A stretch of 64,000 bases of DNA from Glaucostegus cemiculus. Taxonomy: Eukaryota. Below are positions 11,321-22,810 of this stretch, one piece after another. Where the stretch lies: NCBI GenBank assembly GCA_976551045.1, contig CDPCPM010000050.1, forward strand, positions 10,850,001-10,914,000. The letters run 5' to 3'. The notes under the pieces are model-generated. The model had not been told where the DNA came from. It worked only from the letters and a program-made list of their open reading frames with translations, and did not search any database. Position 1 is the first letter of the stretch, and the number at the start of each line of letters is the position of its first letter. Position numbers and translations under genes: made by a program.

Positions 11321-14300
11321 ACATTTTAAAGAAAGGTATAGATGCAAAATCAGGCATACTTGTAGTCAAAGTACTCTTGTTATGTTGTTGCTAATCACAG
11401 AGCTATATGAAGAGCCAATGTAAATTCAATACTATTTGAATGCTTAGTCAGATCTGTTAGTTTACTTTACAGCCTGCAGAATATAAAAAAATGAATCACT
11501 CAAATATACATCACTTTTCTTCACCATGTACAAATTATATTCTGTAAAAATCAATAATACACCCAGTGGAAGTGAAGTATACATCTGCTAAAGCTTTGAA
11601 ACTATAAATACAGACATAGATAAACACTCAGCGGCTTCTGGATGGAATTGAGTTGCATTATTTTAAAATGGTGGTTATGCAGCAAATAAAATAAATCTGA
11701 GGCCTTTAGGCTCATATAATTTTATTTTGGGAGATTTAATTTCTGTTCCGCTTCCATCTGCCCTACATCTGGTAAATGGACATCTCACTGGATCCTAAAG
11801 TCCTGGGTGTGGACAAATTCTTGGAGCTCATACAGATTTCATCACCTAATGCCTGGCAGTCAACTATTTTTCAGATTACATTACTGGCAAATGTTGATTG
11901 AACAGTTTACATGATTTTAATTCATTTTGGGAAATATTTAGTTATTTCACATGTGAGCTAATTTGACTGGAAAAGAAACAGAAATAAATACTTCAAATGG
12001 CAAGGAAAATGACAAGACAATTAGTCTTCAAAATATTTTTATTTTAAAGGGATTTAAACAGTACATGGAAATTAGCTTATTTGTAAAGTGGAGCAAGTTT
12101 ACCTTATTAAAATGATTAAAATATTTAGATCTTAATAATAAGGTAACAAGTAAAATTGCCTCCAACTGTTACAGACTCATTAAATAAAGCTCCTTGTACT
12201 TTATTTAAAATTCATATGGTTTCCTATTTTCTGTTTGCAAAGCAATTATTTTATTTGAACTCTTGCTTCACTGAGCATCACCCGTGCAGCTGTTCTCAAT
12301 GAGTGCTTCCAGCCATCCTTCTGACTGTACTTCCTGCAACTCTCATTGAAGCCTGAAAACTCTGAAATGCAAAAGAAATATTCCGCTCCAAAAAAAATTC
12401 CCAGTTGGATCCACATTTATTAAATTTAAATTGTATTCATTATTATTATTGGACAAAGCTGCGACTTATGTCATGTGAAGAAGAGAACATCATAATCTAA
12501 ACTACGCTGATATGATCCAAAAGTCAGTGGTGGCAATGCTGATTTGGGGTCATTGGTATAAAACAGGTAAAGTGGGATGAATGTGCATTGTGCATCTCTC
12601 TGGATTTTGTTTTTGTTTGTGTTTGATGGGTTAAATCAAAAGCAGCCCTTTTACACTCTAGTCCAATATTTAAATTACCCCTGCAGTCTCCTAATTATGC
12701 CCTGGTTAGTGGACAAAACAGGTGCCTGAATTTTACTAGGGACATTGAATGAAAACAGGTGGAAAAATAATTGTGGCTTGGAGTTATTATTGGCTGTGTG
12801 CTACTGTTAGTTCCAGCTCTTTCCTCTTTACTTTAGAAGACTGTACACTGAAGCATTCCTCTTGTTTAGAGATTGGTTAATCAGAATTTAAAAACCAGAT
12901 AGATTCTAACACAGCTTAACTAAATGAAAACAACGTGGAGAAATGATCTCCCTTATACTTAGATTTGTCTTGTTCAGATGTACAATTGTGCAAGAAACAT
13001 CCACGGTAATAGTGAGATCCTAAAAATCACATGCTTTCTGAAAATTCTGAACACAAGGAAATGATTCTTCTGCCATTGAGTGTGCATGTTTTGGAATGTT
13101 ACTCATTACAGCACTTTAGGTGTAACAGTCTTTTGGTAAGTAGGTACTTATTCTGAATCTCTGTTGCATCATAAATCTCTCATATGGTTCAACCTAATCT
13201 GAATACATTTTGATAGGTCTTTTAAATTGTGCCTCCCTCAGATATTCACAAAGAATTGACACAGTAACCATTGTATAGCATTGCTGAGTGAATATTATAT
13301 AAGGCAGATTCACATGCGTGTAGTTACATTGTTTATTTGACAGCATTGGTATGCTGAACAGTGCTAAGGTACACGTGCACAATTCTGCAGGTTGAACTCC
13401 CTTGCAGAATAATGGTTAACTGTGCACGTGACAAATAGACAGACGTTGTTCACGGTGACATGGAGGTTTGTAGCTGTTCAGTAAACAAGCAATGCTAGTT
13501 GGCAAAGTACAAGCCTTTAGGTGATGGTTAAAATCCTGCAGATGCTTTCTGTCTATGCCTTTGATACATGATCAGTTTCCTTAGCAGTACTGTCTCAAAT
13601 GCACACAGCTTCTCACTGATCTTCTCGAGAAAAACATTGCTTTGATCTCAGACAGAAACCTTTCAGAAATCTGGCTGATTGAGTTTTCATAGTGGAAGCT
13701 TCCAGTAAAAACAATCTATCATAGTAGTTTCTTACACCAAGGCTGACAATATACCTCACACATGAAACTTTGAAATCAATATTAGATTAGAGGTGTTAAC
13801 AGTTAACCTCTTAAGTATAAATCTTGGTTTTCAGAATTACTGGAGGAAATATTACGACCATATTCTGCAGAAAATTGCTGTTTTCAGTTAGAATTCAAAA
13901 AGGTTTTTTGGTCTCGATTAAACCAGTCTAACATTATGCACACCACAGCCTGGCAGTTAGGCAATGGGATAACATTATACAAATTCCTTTGTGCAAGTCT
14001 CAGAGCTCTTAAAAGCAGTTTGCTTCTCAGGCCAAAAAGCAGATGGAGGAACTCTATGCCAGCCAGTTAAGCATTTGTGCAATAACATCATAGAAAGCAA
14101 TTTCCAGGCTCATATTTTTACTGCTTTGTGGTGACACTGATCGAAGACAGCATTACAGTTTTGTGAATAACCTGTGGTAGGGTGACAGAAATTGCCAGAA
14201 TTCAATACAGTCATCAGATAATGTAGACATCAGATCAGTGAAGCTACAATTAAATTCCCAATGTTCAAGTGATTTATTTTTTCCTCAAGGTATAACTTAT

Positions 14301-14689
14301 GTAATAATCAATAAGTTAACATATATACATGGCTTTAAAGAGCTGTTGTAGTGTAACAGTGTTTTGCTGTGAAAAGGAAGGGCTAATAGAATTACACTAC
14401 ACACTTACCCACTCTTACTGAAATATATTACAAAGTCCAGTGCATAATGTAATTCATTCAGTGATTATTAAAAAGTTATGTGACTGATGGAAGGATATTA
14501 CAAAGTCATTCTTTGAAGCATAAATGTTAGCCATTCCCTTGTTACTGATTCCATGCAGAGTAACAAATGCTCAGAGTCAGGGCATGCTCAAGCTGCCGGG
14601 AAGGGCAAGCAGAAGCACTGCACCCTTGGTGATCACCTAGAGAAGCGTATCAGTGGGAGGTGATGGAAGTACATGTGTCCCCATCTCAC

Positions 14690-17045
14690 AAAGTCCTTCT
14701 CATAAACTTCCAGGGATTGGTGTCTAAGGTGGCAGATGTGTCCTACAGTCAGGTCACACAACAGCCCTGCATAATTGTCCTATTAAATCATTATTTATAG
14801 ATAAAAATGCCAGCCTCCTCCATTATAATCTCTGGGTATATCCTGTTCCGTTGGCAGGACAGATTCACCAGAGGGCACGGCACAATGATTGGCAGTGTGC
14901 AGCCCTGGGAATCCTCATCATTGACTCCAGACCTCACAAAGTTTCTTGGTGCCAGGTCAAACATGGGCAAGGAAACCTTCTGATTACCAGCTATCGTCCT
15001 CTTCTTTATTGATCAGAGTAAATTCTGTTCCATTGCACTGAAAGTAGCAAGGGCACAAAATTTACTCTGGGAGAAACCTCGCATTCATCCCTAAGAGCAG
15101 CTTGGTAATACTGCAATGGGTCAAGTGGTTGAAATCTGAAGAGCACACTGCCAGAGTGGGTCTGCGTCAGGTAATGAGCAAGCCAACATGAGTGATAAAC
15201 CTTCTTTACCTCATCCTCACCAAGCTACCTGCGGCATATGATAGCATTTGTAGAAGTAGTCCACAGAGACCTTGTGGAGATAAAGTCCCGTCTTCACATC
15301 CTCCATTGTGCTGTGTGGCACCACAATCGTGCTCAATGGAATAGACTTTATAAAGATCTGGTAACTCAGAACTGGGCACTGTAATAAACTGTAGACCATG
15401 AGTAACAGCAGAAATGTAGACCACCACAATCCAGAACCTCATAGCTTGGTGTATCCCTCTCTCTATCATTGCTAGCAACATCCCAGGGATCAACCCTGTT
15501 TCACGGTGGAGCACATTAGGAATTTCTGGGAGGAGAGTCAGGCATACATAAAAATGGGATGCCAATCTTGTGAGGCTGTAACACAGGAATACAAATGCAG
15601 CTTGCGGTGGACAATGCTAACTAATTTCATAATTGACAAATCAGGTTAAAGATCTGCAGTCCTGCCATATCTAGCCATGAAAGGAAGTTGACAATTAAAA
15701 TAGGTAATGTGAGAAGAGACTACAGGAATATCTTACCCTGAAGGTTGGTAGAGTCCAGCATGTGACTGCTATAGACAAAAATGGAGAATTCCCAATGATG
15801 TTCAACTAGAAATGCAAATGATCTTGGCTTCCTCCTGAGGTCTCCATCACAGAAATCAGTCTTCAGCAAGTTTGGTGCAATCCATGTAATATCAAAAAGG
15901 CCTGAAAGAACTGGATATGGAAAAGACTTTGGGATGAGACAACATCCCAGCAGTACTGCTGAAGAACTGTATTCTAGAGCTAAGTGCACATCTAGCTAAA
16001 CTGTTGCAGGAAAGTTATGCACTGGCAGTTACCCAGCAATGTAGAAACTCCCTAGGTATGTTGTGTTCTTAATTAACAGGGCAAATCCAATAATGACTGT
16101 CCAAGCAGTGCAACTGTAACCATCAGCAAAAGGGTGGAACTTATTTTTGAGGGTATCGTCAAGTGGCATTTACTCACCAATAGCCTGTTCCATGGTGGTT
16201 GCACAACATTCAGCTTCATCAAATAAATCAGTCCATGCTAGCATGCAGGCAGCAATCAGGCTTGGACTAAGTGGCAAGTAACATTTACACCATAAGTGCC
16301 AGATACTGACCATCTCCATCGAATGAGGATCTAACAACCCTACCCTTGACATTCAATAACATCATCTTTGCCAAATCTGCCACCATCAACAACCCTGGAG
16401 TCACCATTGACTAAAATCTCAACCGAAACACTCACACAAATGCCATAGCTCCAAGAGCAGGTCAAGGCTGAGTCCTCTGTGGGGAGTAACTCACCTTTTG
16501 ATATCTCCAAAGCTTTTCTGGCACCTGCAAGTCACAGGACAGGAGCATGATGGAATATTCTCCACTTGCTTAGAGGAGTGCAACTCCAACAGGAGCTCTA
16601 TCCAAGACAAAGTAGCCTACTTGACCTGTATTCCATCGACTGCCCCAGTAATTCATCCCCTCCATCACAAATGCTGAGAGGTTGCAGTGTGTACTATCCA
16701 CAATGTGCACTGCAGTTACTTGTCTGGACTACAACAGCATTACCTTCCAAACCCATGACCTCCATGACCCAAACAAAAAAGGGCTTCAGGCACTTGGGAG
16801 CATTACTAGCTGTGGGTTCCTCTCCAAGTTGCACACCATTCTGACTTGGAAAGTGCCATTACTTTTTCATTGTCACTGGTCTAAGTTCTGGAACTCCCTC
16901 CCCAAATGTATTGTGGGAGTACCCTCATCAGAAGCACTGCAACTCAAGGAGTTGACTCACCACCACTTACCCAATAGCAATTAGTATTGGGCAATAATGA
17001 CTGAAGTTACCAGTGACAGCCAGATCTGAAAAATAAATCAATAAA
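14690..17045 (+). mobile_element. Degraded L2/CR1-group LINE ORF2 (APE endonuclease to 3' tail) with RT-core deletion near 16200-16250
   Basis: INFQGLVSK..QQPCIIVL..ISGYILFRWQDR.TRG endonuclease start; NIPAVLLK; jump to KWQVTF; KFWNSLP; tail gcaattagtattgggcaataat. Confidence 0.88.
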
Positions 17046-17619
17046 AAAATATTTTGTGTGCTTTTGCTTTATGTACGCTGGCTGCTGTATCTGGCCAGAA
17101 TGCTGAAAATGACTGTTCTTCCGTTGGCTGCAGAGCCCCTGGTGCATCTAATTTTCAGGTGTCACAAAATTTCTTTCTCCTTTTCAGAAATGTGTGTACA
17201 TTTGCATATATGCAATTAATTTATTTATTGCATATTTATTTCTGTAGATAAGCTGCTTTTTTCTTCATTATTGTTGAGAACAAAAGACAGTAGAGCAATA
17301 GGATGACCAGACATGAAACGATACAAAAACAGTGTAGTAATGAAGAAATATAACAAGTGCAAAGATGAACTGATAAAACATAAAATATAATATATTTTTA
17401 GATGCAAAAATCCAATTACAGAGTACCTTTTAATTAGCTTATATAGCTAGTTTCATTTTTTTAATACAAATGGACTGTCGTACATCAGAAGTGACTATAA
17501 TATAAATTGAGAAGCTCTGTAATGCCAATTAAGTGGTCAGAGATGCTTAGTGCAAAACATATAAACAATAACATCCATCAAGTGCCTTGCTGCAATTTTC
17601 TTTATTAGAGTGTACCCAG

Positions 17620-17720
17620 TCAGAAGATAAAGTGCTGTTCCTTGAACTTGCATTGCAACAGCACAGGAGGACAAATATAGAGGTAAAAATTAGAGTGGAC
17701 TGGAAAATGAAAGAGAATTA
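17620..17720 (-). mobile_element. Penelope-like fragment
   Basis: agaagataaagtgctgttccttg, similar to 2824-2846. Confidence 0.4.
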
Positions 17721-20658
17721 AAGCTTATTTTAGATAGCGGTATTTGGAGCTTTTTGATTTTGGACTATGCCTTAATTTACTGTTGATTCCGGTTTCTCAT
17801 CATGAGGATTGCTTACAGTAAAATTCTTTCCTTCTGTGGTTTCTTTGTTTAGTAGGAGTTAATAGCCCCCACCTTAAAGAGCCTACACTGCCTCAGCAGG
17901 ACTTCTTTTCTTCATTCTTCCTTACCTCCCGCTACCACTAACGACGGTATAGTGTATCTTTAACTATGGGCATTGTATTCTTGGTGCATCACGCACACGT
18001 TCAAACTGTGATCCTATTGAACAAAAGAGACATGTGACGTCCAACTTTGTGGTGATATAACATTGCCACTGAGTTTTAGTTTGCCATCTTAAAGTTTCAA
18101 TATGTAAACAGATTAAGGGTGCTACCTTGTAAATAAACCACTACCTATTTATCTTCAGTGTCTTAATGCACATTGTGAAAACATTACAAATTGACAGAGA
18201 GAACGGTAGAAGATTGAAGGGTATTGATGACTCTTGTTTAGCAAATTTTAGTAGGACATGTAGCAATGAAACTGATTCTTCATCATGTTTTCCTGCAGTT
18301 GCTCACATTGAATCTTGCTTGTCTAAGACTTCGACATTTAGTCACAGGAGTGTGTAGCACAGCACATCACAGCAGCGAGAAATAATAGCATTGACATCAC
18401 ATTCACCAAGTTTAGCTGTGTCATAGTTGAATAAGATGAAATGGCCTAACCATTTATGACCAAACTCAGAACCATTCAGTTTCTATATTCAGTGAATGGA
18501 CATATCTTCAAAGCAAACACTAGCATGGAGGATGAAGGAACAGGTGATTGCGTGAGGTGTAAATAATGCAATATGCAACAAAAGAAGAGCAATTCTTTTC
18601 ACAGAGATTGGGTCAAAATTTATGGCAACTGATAAATTTTTTCATGGATTGCAAGGCTAAAGATACCATTTTAAAATATATTGTTCAGAAACTGGAAGGT
18701 AATTTTAATTAAAAGCCATTAGCAATAGCAGAAACTTGCTTGTTTGTGACAAGGAACCAGAGGTCAATTAGGACATTATTTCCTTCAAGAATTTATCCTT
18801 GCATTACAGTTTTGGTGCCATTTTAAATCTTGCTTTATGTAATAGGTTTATGTAGATAAAGGAATGCAGTCTGATTTGTGGAGTACACTAAACCCGACAT
18901 TCAGACTTGCATATAGAGTTGTTATGTATTGGAAATGACATCCAGGGACGCTAGAGAATTTTGTCCATCATAACTTACTGGTATAGCTGCAAACCATGGT
19001 CATCGAGCCATCACAAAGTTGAAGACAAAAAAAAACAAGTCCAAACCATACTGGAGCGAGCAGTTAAGTCAGTTGGTTTCATTATTTGGGCTATCAATCT
19101 TGTCAACGTAGAACAGCCAAGTGTTTCAGTTGCCAAAAGAAAGGTCATACTTTAACAGCTTAAGGATCCAAGGTTAAGTCAAGCAACAAAGCCAAGCTTA
19201 GTGGCAACTTAAAGCAGAAAGGAAGATTCATAGTTTGTAGGTTCATTCAGATAATGAGAAATTGTAATTGTGCAGCATTTGTGACACAAGCAGCACTGGC
19301 ACAAAACAACAAACTGTCCAGTACAGGTGTTGATTAACAGCCAGTACGTTGACAAGGGAAACTGATCCCACCACCGACTGTTAGGTAATGAATGAAGACA
19401 TTCCCTCTGGTACATTTGGCTAGAAACCATTGACAGAAAGTACTATCACACTTATTCTGGTAATGTTTTACAGACACTAAGGCAGAGAACATAATGCAAC
19501 ACAACAGAGTTACACATCATTTTAGTAAGCTATGAAAACAGACCAACTTTAATGGCTAAAACAGTTCAAAATAGGTTGGAAGAATTAAAAACATTATTGA
19601 TGCTACAAAGTTACATGGTGGAAAAGGAATGAAGAAATATTTGAAGACAGTTACACTGGCATAACAGTTTACAATGCGTACATTTGTATCAAACCAGATG
19701 CAAGACTGATCTATTGCAAACTCAATCTTGTATGCTTGAAAGAGTCAGGTTTAGATGGAGTTGGATAAACAAATACAAAATGTAGTGTTAGTGAAAACTG
19801 ACTGGAGTGAGGGGCCACACAAACAGTGGTTGTATCTAAGGCAGAGAAAATAATGCTACCATGTACAAATTCACATCAAATCAAATACTAGACAGTAAAT
19901 AATATTCAGCACATATAATATCACAGTACACAGATTAGTAAGATCAAGGGTATCTACAAAATTAAATCTCTCCAATGTTGTCTCCCAGTTGAATGTTGGC
20001 AAAGTAGTACCTAACCATCAACACAGACAGGAGTCTCTGCAGATGTATATGGTTACCCTGTGGAGCTGATAAATAAAATTGAGCAAGGAATAATCTGTTT
20101 ATTATCACAAGCACTGAAGACAACAACCTTATGATTGTAGGGGAGGTATTCAGGAGATTACATGAGCACAATGTAAAGTTGAAACAAATGAATTATTGTG
20201 ACTTGCTCTGAAGTTTGATTCCAATGGCCTATGAACAGTCAAGGAAAAAGAGAAGGCTATCATCAATGTGCCAGAATTGAAAATACTGCAGAGTTAAGAT
20301 CATTCTTAGGAATGATGCAGCATAGTTCCTTTCAAATTTTGTGTCTGCAACTGAACTATTACATCATTTGTTGAATAAGGATGTGAACTGGATCTGGAGC
20401 AAGGACAAAAATGTATATACAATGAGTGCAAGAAGTGATTAGCAAGGGTAGATTTTCTTGTTCTTCATGATACTATGTGTAAGGTGAAGTAGATATATGA
20501 TGTGTCTTTATGTTTTCAGTTGTGAAAACATAAAGGCACGTGGTGGAGGTCAGGTGGTGCATGATAAGCAAGAGCAAGCTAACGCTTTCACTTCCCACGC
20601 TCTCACAAGGAGTGGGTGTAATTACGTCTGAATCAAGAAGGAAAACTTAGAGTTTGAA

Positions 20659-20721
20659 ATTAAGAAATTCGATCACTTGATTAAGTGATTTGATCATTTG
20701 ATTAAGAAAATCGCTCATTTG
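20659..20721 (+). repeat. 3 x 21-bp tandem repeat within the Gypsy RNase H region
   Basis: attaagaaattcgatcacttg / attaagtgatttgatcatttg / attaagaaaatcgctcatttg. Confidence 0.85.
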
Positions 20722-21139
20722 ATCAGATCCTTGAACCAAGTAACAAATTATAAGTCACTTCTAGTGATGTGAGGTCCCAAATCAAAAATTCCAACAATGA
20801 CAGCGTTGACACAAAGGTGGGGAGTCCTTTGATGACAATATACAACTGAGAACAAGGGTTTCCATCAGAATGCCACTGTAGGTAAGTCTGCCACTGCTAC
20901 CACATGAGAACTCTGATCGTGGAATAAAAATGTGATCTGTATGCTAAGTGCAATTGGTGAGGACTTTCTAGTAATAGCATTTAGAAATAAGAGAAGATCC
21001 AAAGAGTCCCAGTGTTGAGACATGTTTACACACTTTGGCTAGTGTAATAAGAATGAACTGAAACCATTTAAAAATCATTACTATGTCATACCTTGTGAAA
21101 TAGGGTGCCTCAAGGAGGATACTTGATGGTAATATTACT

Positions 21140-21563
21140 CGTCGTCGTGGCTATCCCTCAAAGTCAAGGATGATGGTTTTTGTTCCGTTGATCAGAAGTA
21201 GCCCACAGAGTGAAGATGCCTGTGCGTGTATTTGTTTAATGTGTACTTGATGTTGTGCTGCAAAAAGCACGCGATACTTCACAGATAAACCAACTGATTC
21301 CAATGGCATGGAAAGCATGACATTTGGAGCTGATGGATTTGTTGCAGCCTGCATCTGCCTTCACAGCCACTGGATTCGAAGTAACTTCATCTGCCTTTTC
21401 CACTGTTGAGGTCTTGGTTGGATTGTTCTTTGTCAGGGACCTCACCATTGACCTTACCGCCATGGGTGACCCTACCAGGAGCTTGGTTCCAGACGGCATT
21501 GCTCTCAGGATCTCAGGACAACACAAGCTTCTCCACCACAACAAGGTGACAATCCATGGAGAA
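21140..21563 (-). mobile_element. 424-bp non-autonomous RTE-clade element with 12-bp TSD
   Basis: TSD GGTAATATTACT at 21128-21139 and 21564-21575; minus-strand 5' end gtcaccttgttgtggtggagaagcttg..cctggtagggtcacccatggcggtaaggtc resembles RTE/Expander 5' UTRs; ends ggatagcc(acg)3. Confidence 0.85.
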
Positions 21564-22039
21564 GGTAATATTACTGCACTGAGAGGAAAGGTTTTGGCTG
21601 AAATTTACACTGAACATGAAAGCAATTGGGAGAACCTTAATTTGCTGGCCCCTCTTGGACTTCAGGTCATTGGTAAGCTATGTCATATTTGCCAAGTTCG
21701 AGGAGCAAGCCACCAAAATCTCTCTTTAAACACAGTGATCCTATTGAACTGCAGAGCCTTGTGGTGTGCCAGCTCTGCACAATGTAACATTTTCACAATC
21801 ATTCAATCTGCCACCTTAAAGTCTAAACAGATAGTTAGTTTAAGGATGTTGCCTTGCAAATAAACCGCTACCCTTTTGAAGACACAAAACATATCATCTG
21901 AAATTCATCCTTGGTCAGTAGCCCCAAACATACCACACAATTGGGACAGTGCATTACACTCTACTTCTGAAATTAACCCCTTTGATATCATATATAGCAT
22001 GTTTGTCTAAAAATCTTCATGATGAATGTCTGGGTAATA

Positions 22040-22325
22040 CATGTCTTCAGGGTATCCCGAAGAGCCTTACAGCCAATGAATTAAAACAAGGATGCATTGT
22101 CACAGTTGCCATGAAGGTAATCCAGCAGATATCCACAAATAGTAATGTGATAATGAACAGTTAGTTTATTTTTAATGATGGTGTTTGAGGGATAAATATT
22201 GGTCAGGGCACCATTTATAAATGTCCTGCTTTTCATTAAAAGTGTCATTGGATCTTTTATATCAGTCTGAGATAGCAGATAAGGCCCTAGTATAATGTCT
22301 TATCCAAAAGACAGCAGCCTAGAAA
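22040..22325 (-). mobile_element. DeuSINE (SacSINE1-like) fragment
   Basis: Deu-domain reverse complement: gagggataaatattggtcagggcacc..ggatcttttatatc..gcagataaggccctagtataatgtcttatccaaaagacagca. Confidence 0.75.
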
Positions 22326-22459
22326 TTATTCTCTCTTAAGACACATGTAAACTTGATGCTGCTGAGTCTGGGTCAGGGATGGAAGGGAACAGCAAGAGTG
22401 GGAGAGATTGTTAGAGACAGACTGCAAAGAAGGGAGAGAAATCCGCCCTAGAGTCAATG

Positions 22460-22810
22460 AGGGGATGGAAGTGGGGAGGTAGTATTCAGCTCTGGAGACA
22501 TAGAGAAAGGTCTTGTTTTGTCAGGAGGTGAGTCATTCACTGCAGGCATGGGTATTATTGTGGTTGGTCCAATTAGTTTCAGGTCAACAGTGAATCCAGG
22601 ATATTGATGATGGAGACTCAGTGATGACAATGCCATTGATAATCAAAAATGGATGGTCTGACTGTCTCTTGTTGGAGCTAGTCATTGCCTGGCATTTTTG
22701 TGGCATAAATATTATTTGCCACAGGTCAGCTCATGGTTGAATGTTGTCCAGGACTTGCATGCAGAGAAAGGCTGCTTCACTTGCTAATGAGTTGCAACAG
22801 GCAATGTGTC
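22460..22810 (-). mobile_element. L2/CR1-group LINE RT fragment
   Basis: Homologous to 2100-2440 (ctcttgttggagctagtcattgcctggca..., gttgtccagg). Confidence 0.75.

Larger units (their letters stand above)
18048..21770 (+). mobile_element. Ancient Gypsy (Mag/K02A2.6-like) LTR retrotransposon relic: gag-PR-RT-RNase H-integrase N-terminus
   Basis: KRRAILFTEIG (gag ~18580), EEIFEDSYTGI..IKPDAR.IYCK (~19630), YLTINT (~20010), ELRSFLGMM (~20290), LHHLLNKDVNWIWS, LRGKVLAEIYTEH..CHICQ (HHCC); tentative 5' LTR 18048-18369; many stops and frameshifts. Confidence 0.88.

Noticed and set aside
20659-20721. Three 21-bp repeats as a CRISPR-like array
   Set aside because: Head-to-tail with no spacers, inside a Gypsy relic in a vertebrate genome; a simple tandem duplication
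18048-21770. Domesticated Gypsy-derived gene
   Set aside because: Numerous stops and frameshifts, a degenerate RT catalytic motif and a TE insertion; no long ORF
21324-21863. Longest ORF (179 aa) as a host gene
   Set aside because: Chimeric read-through from the antisense RTE-derived insert across its TSD into decayed Gypsy integrase sequence
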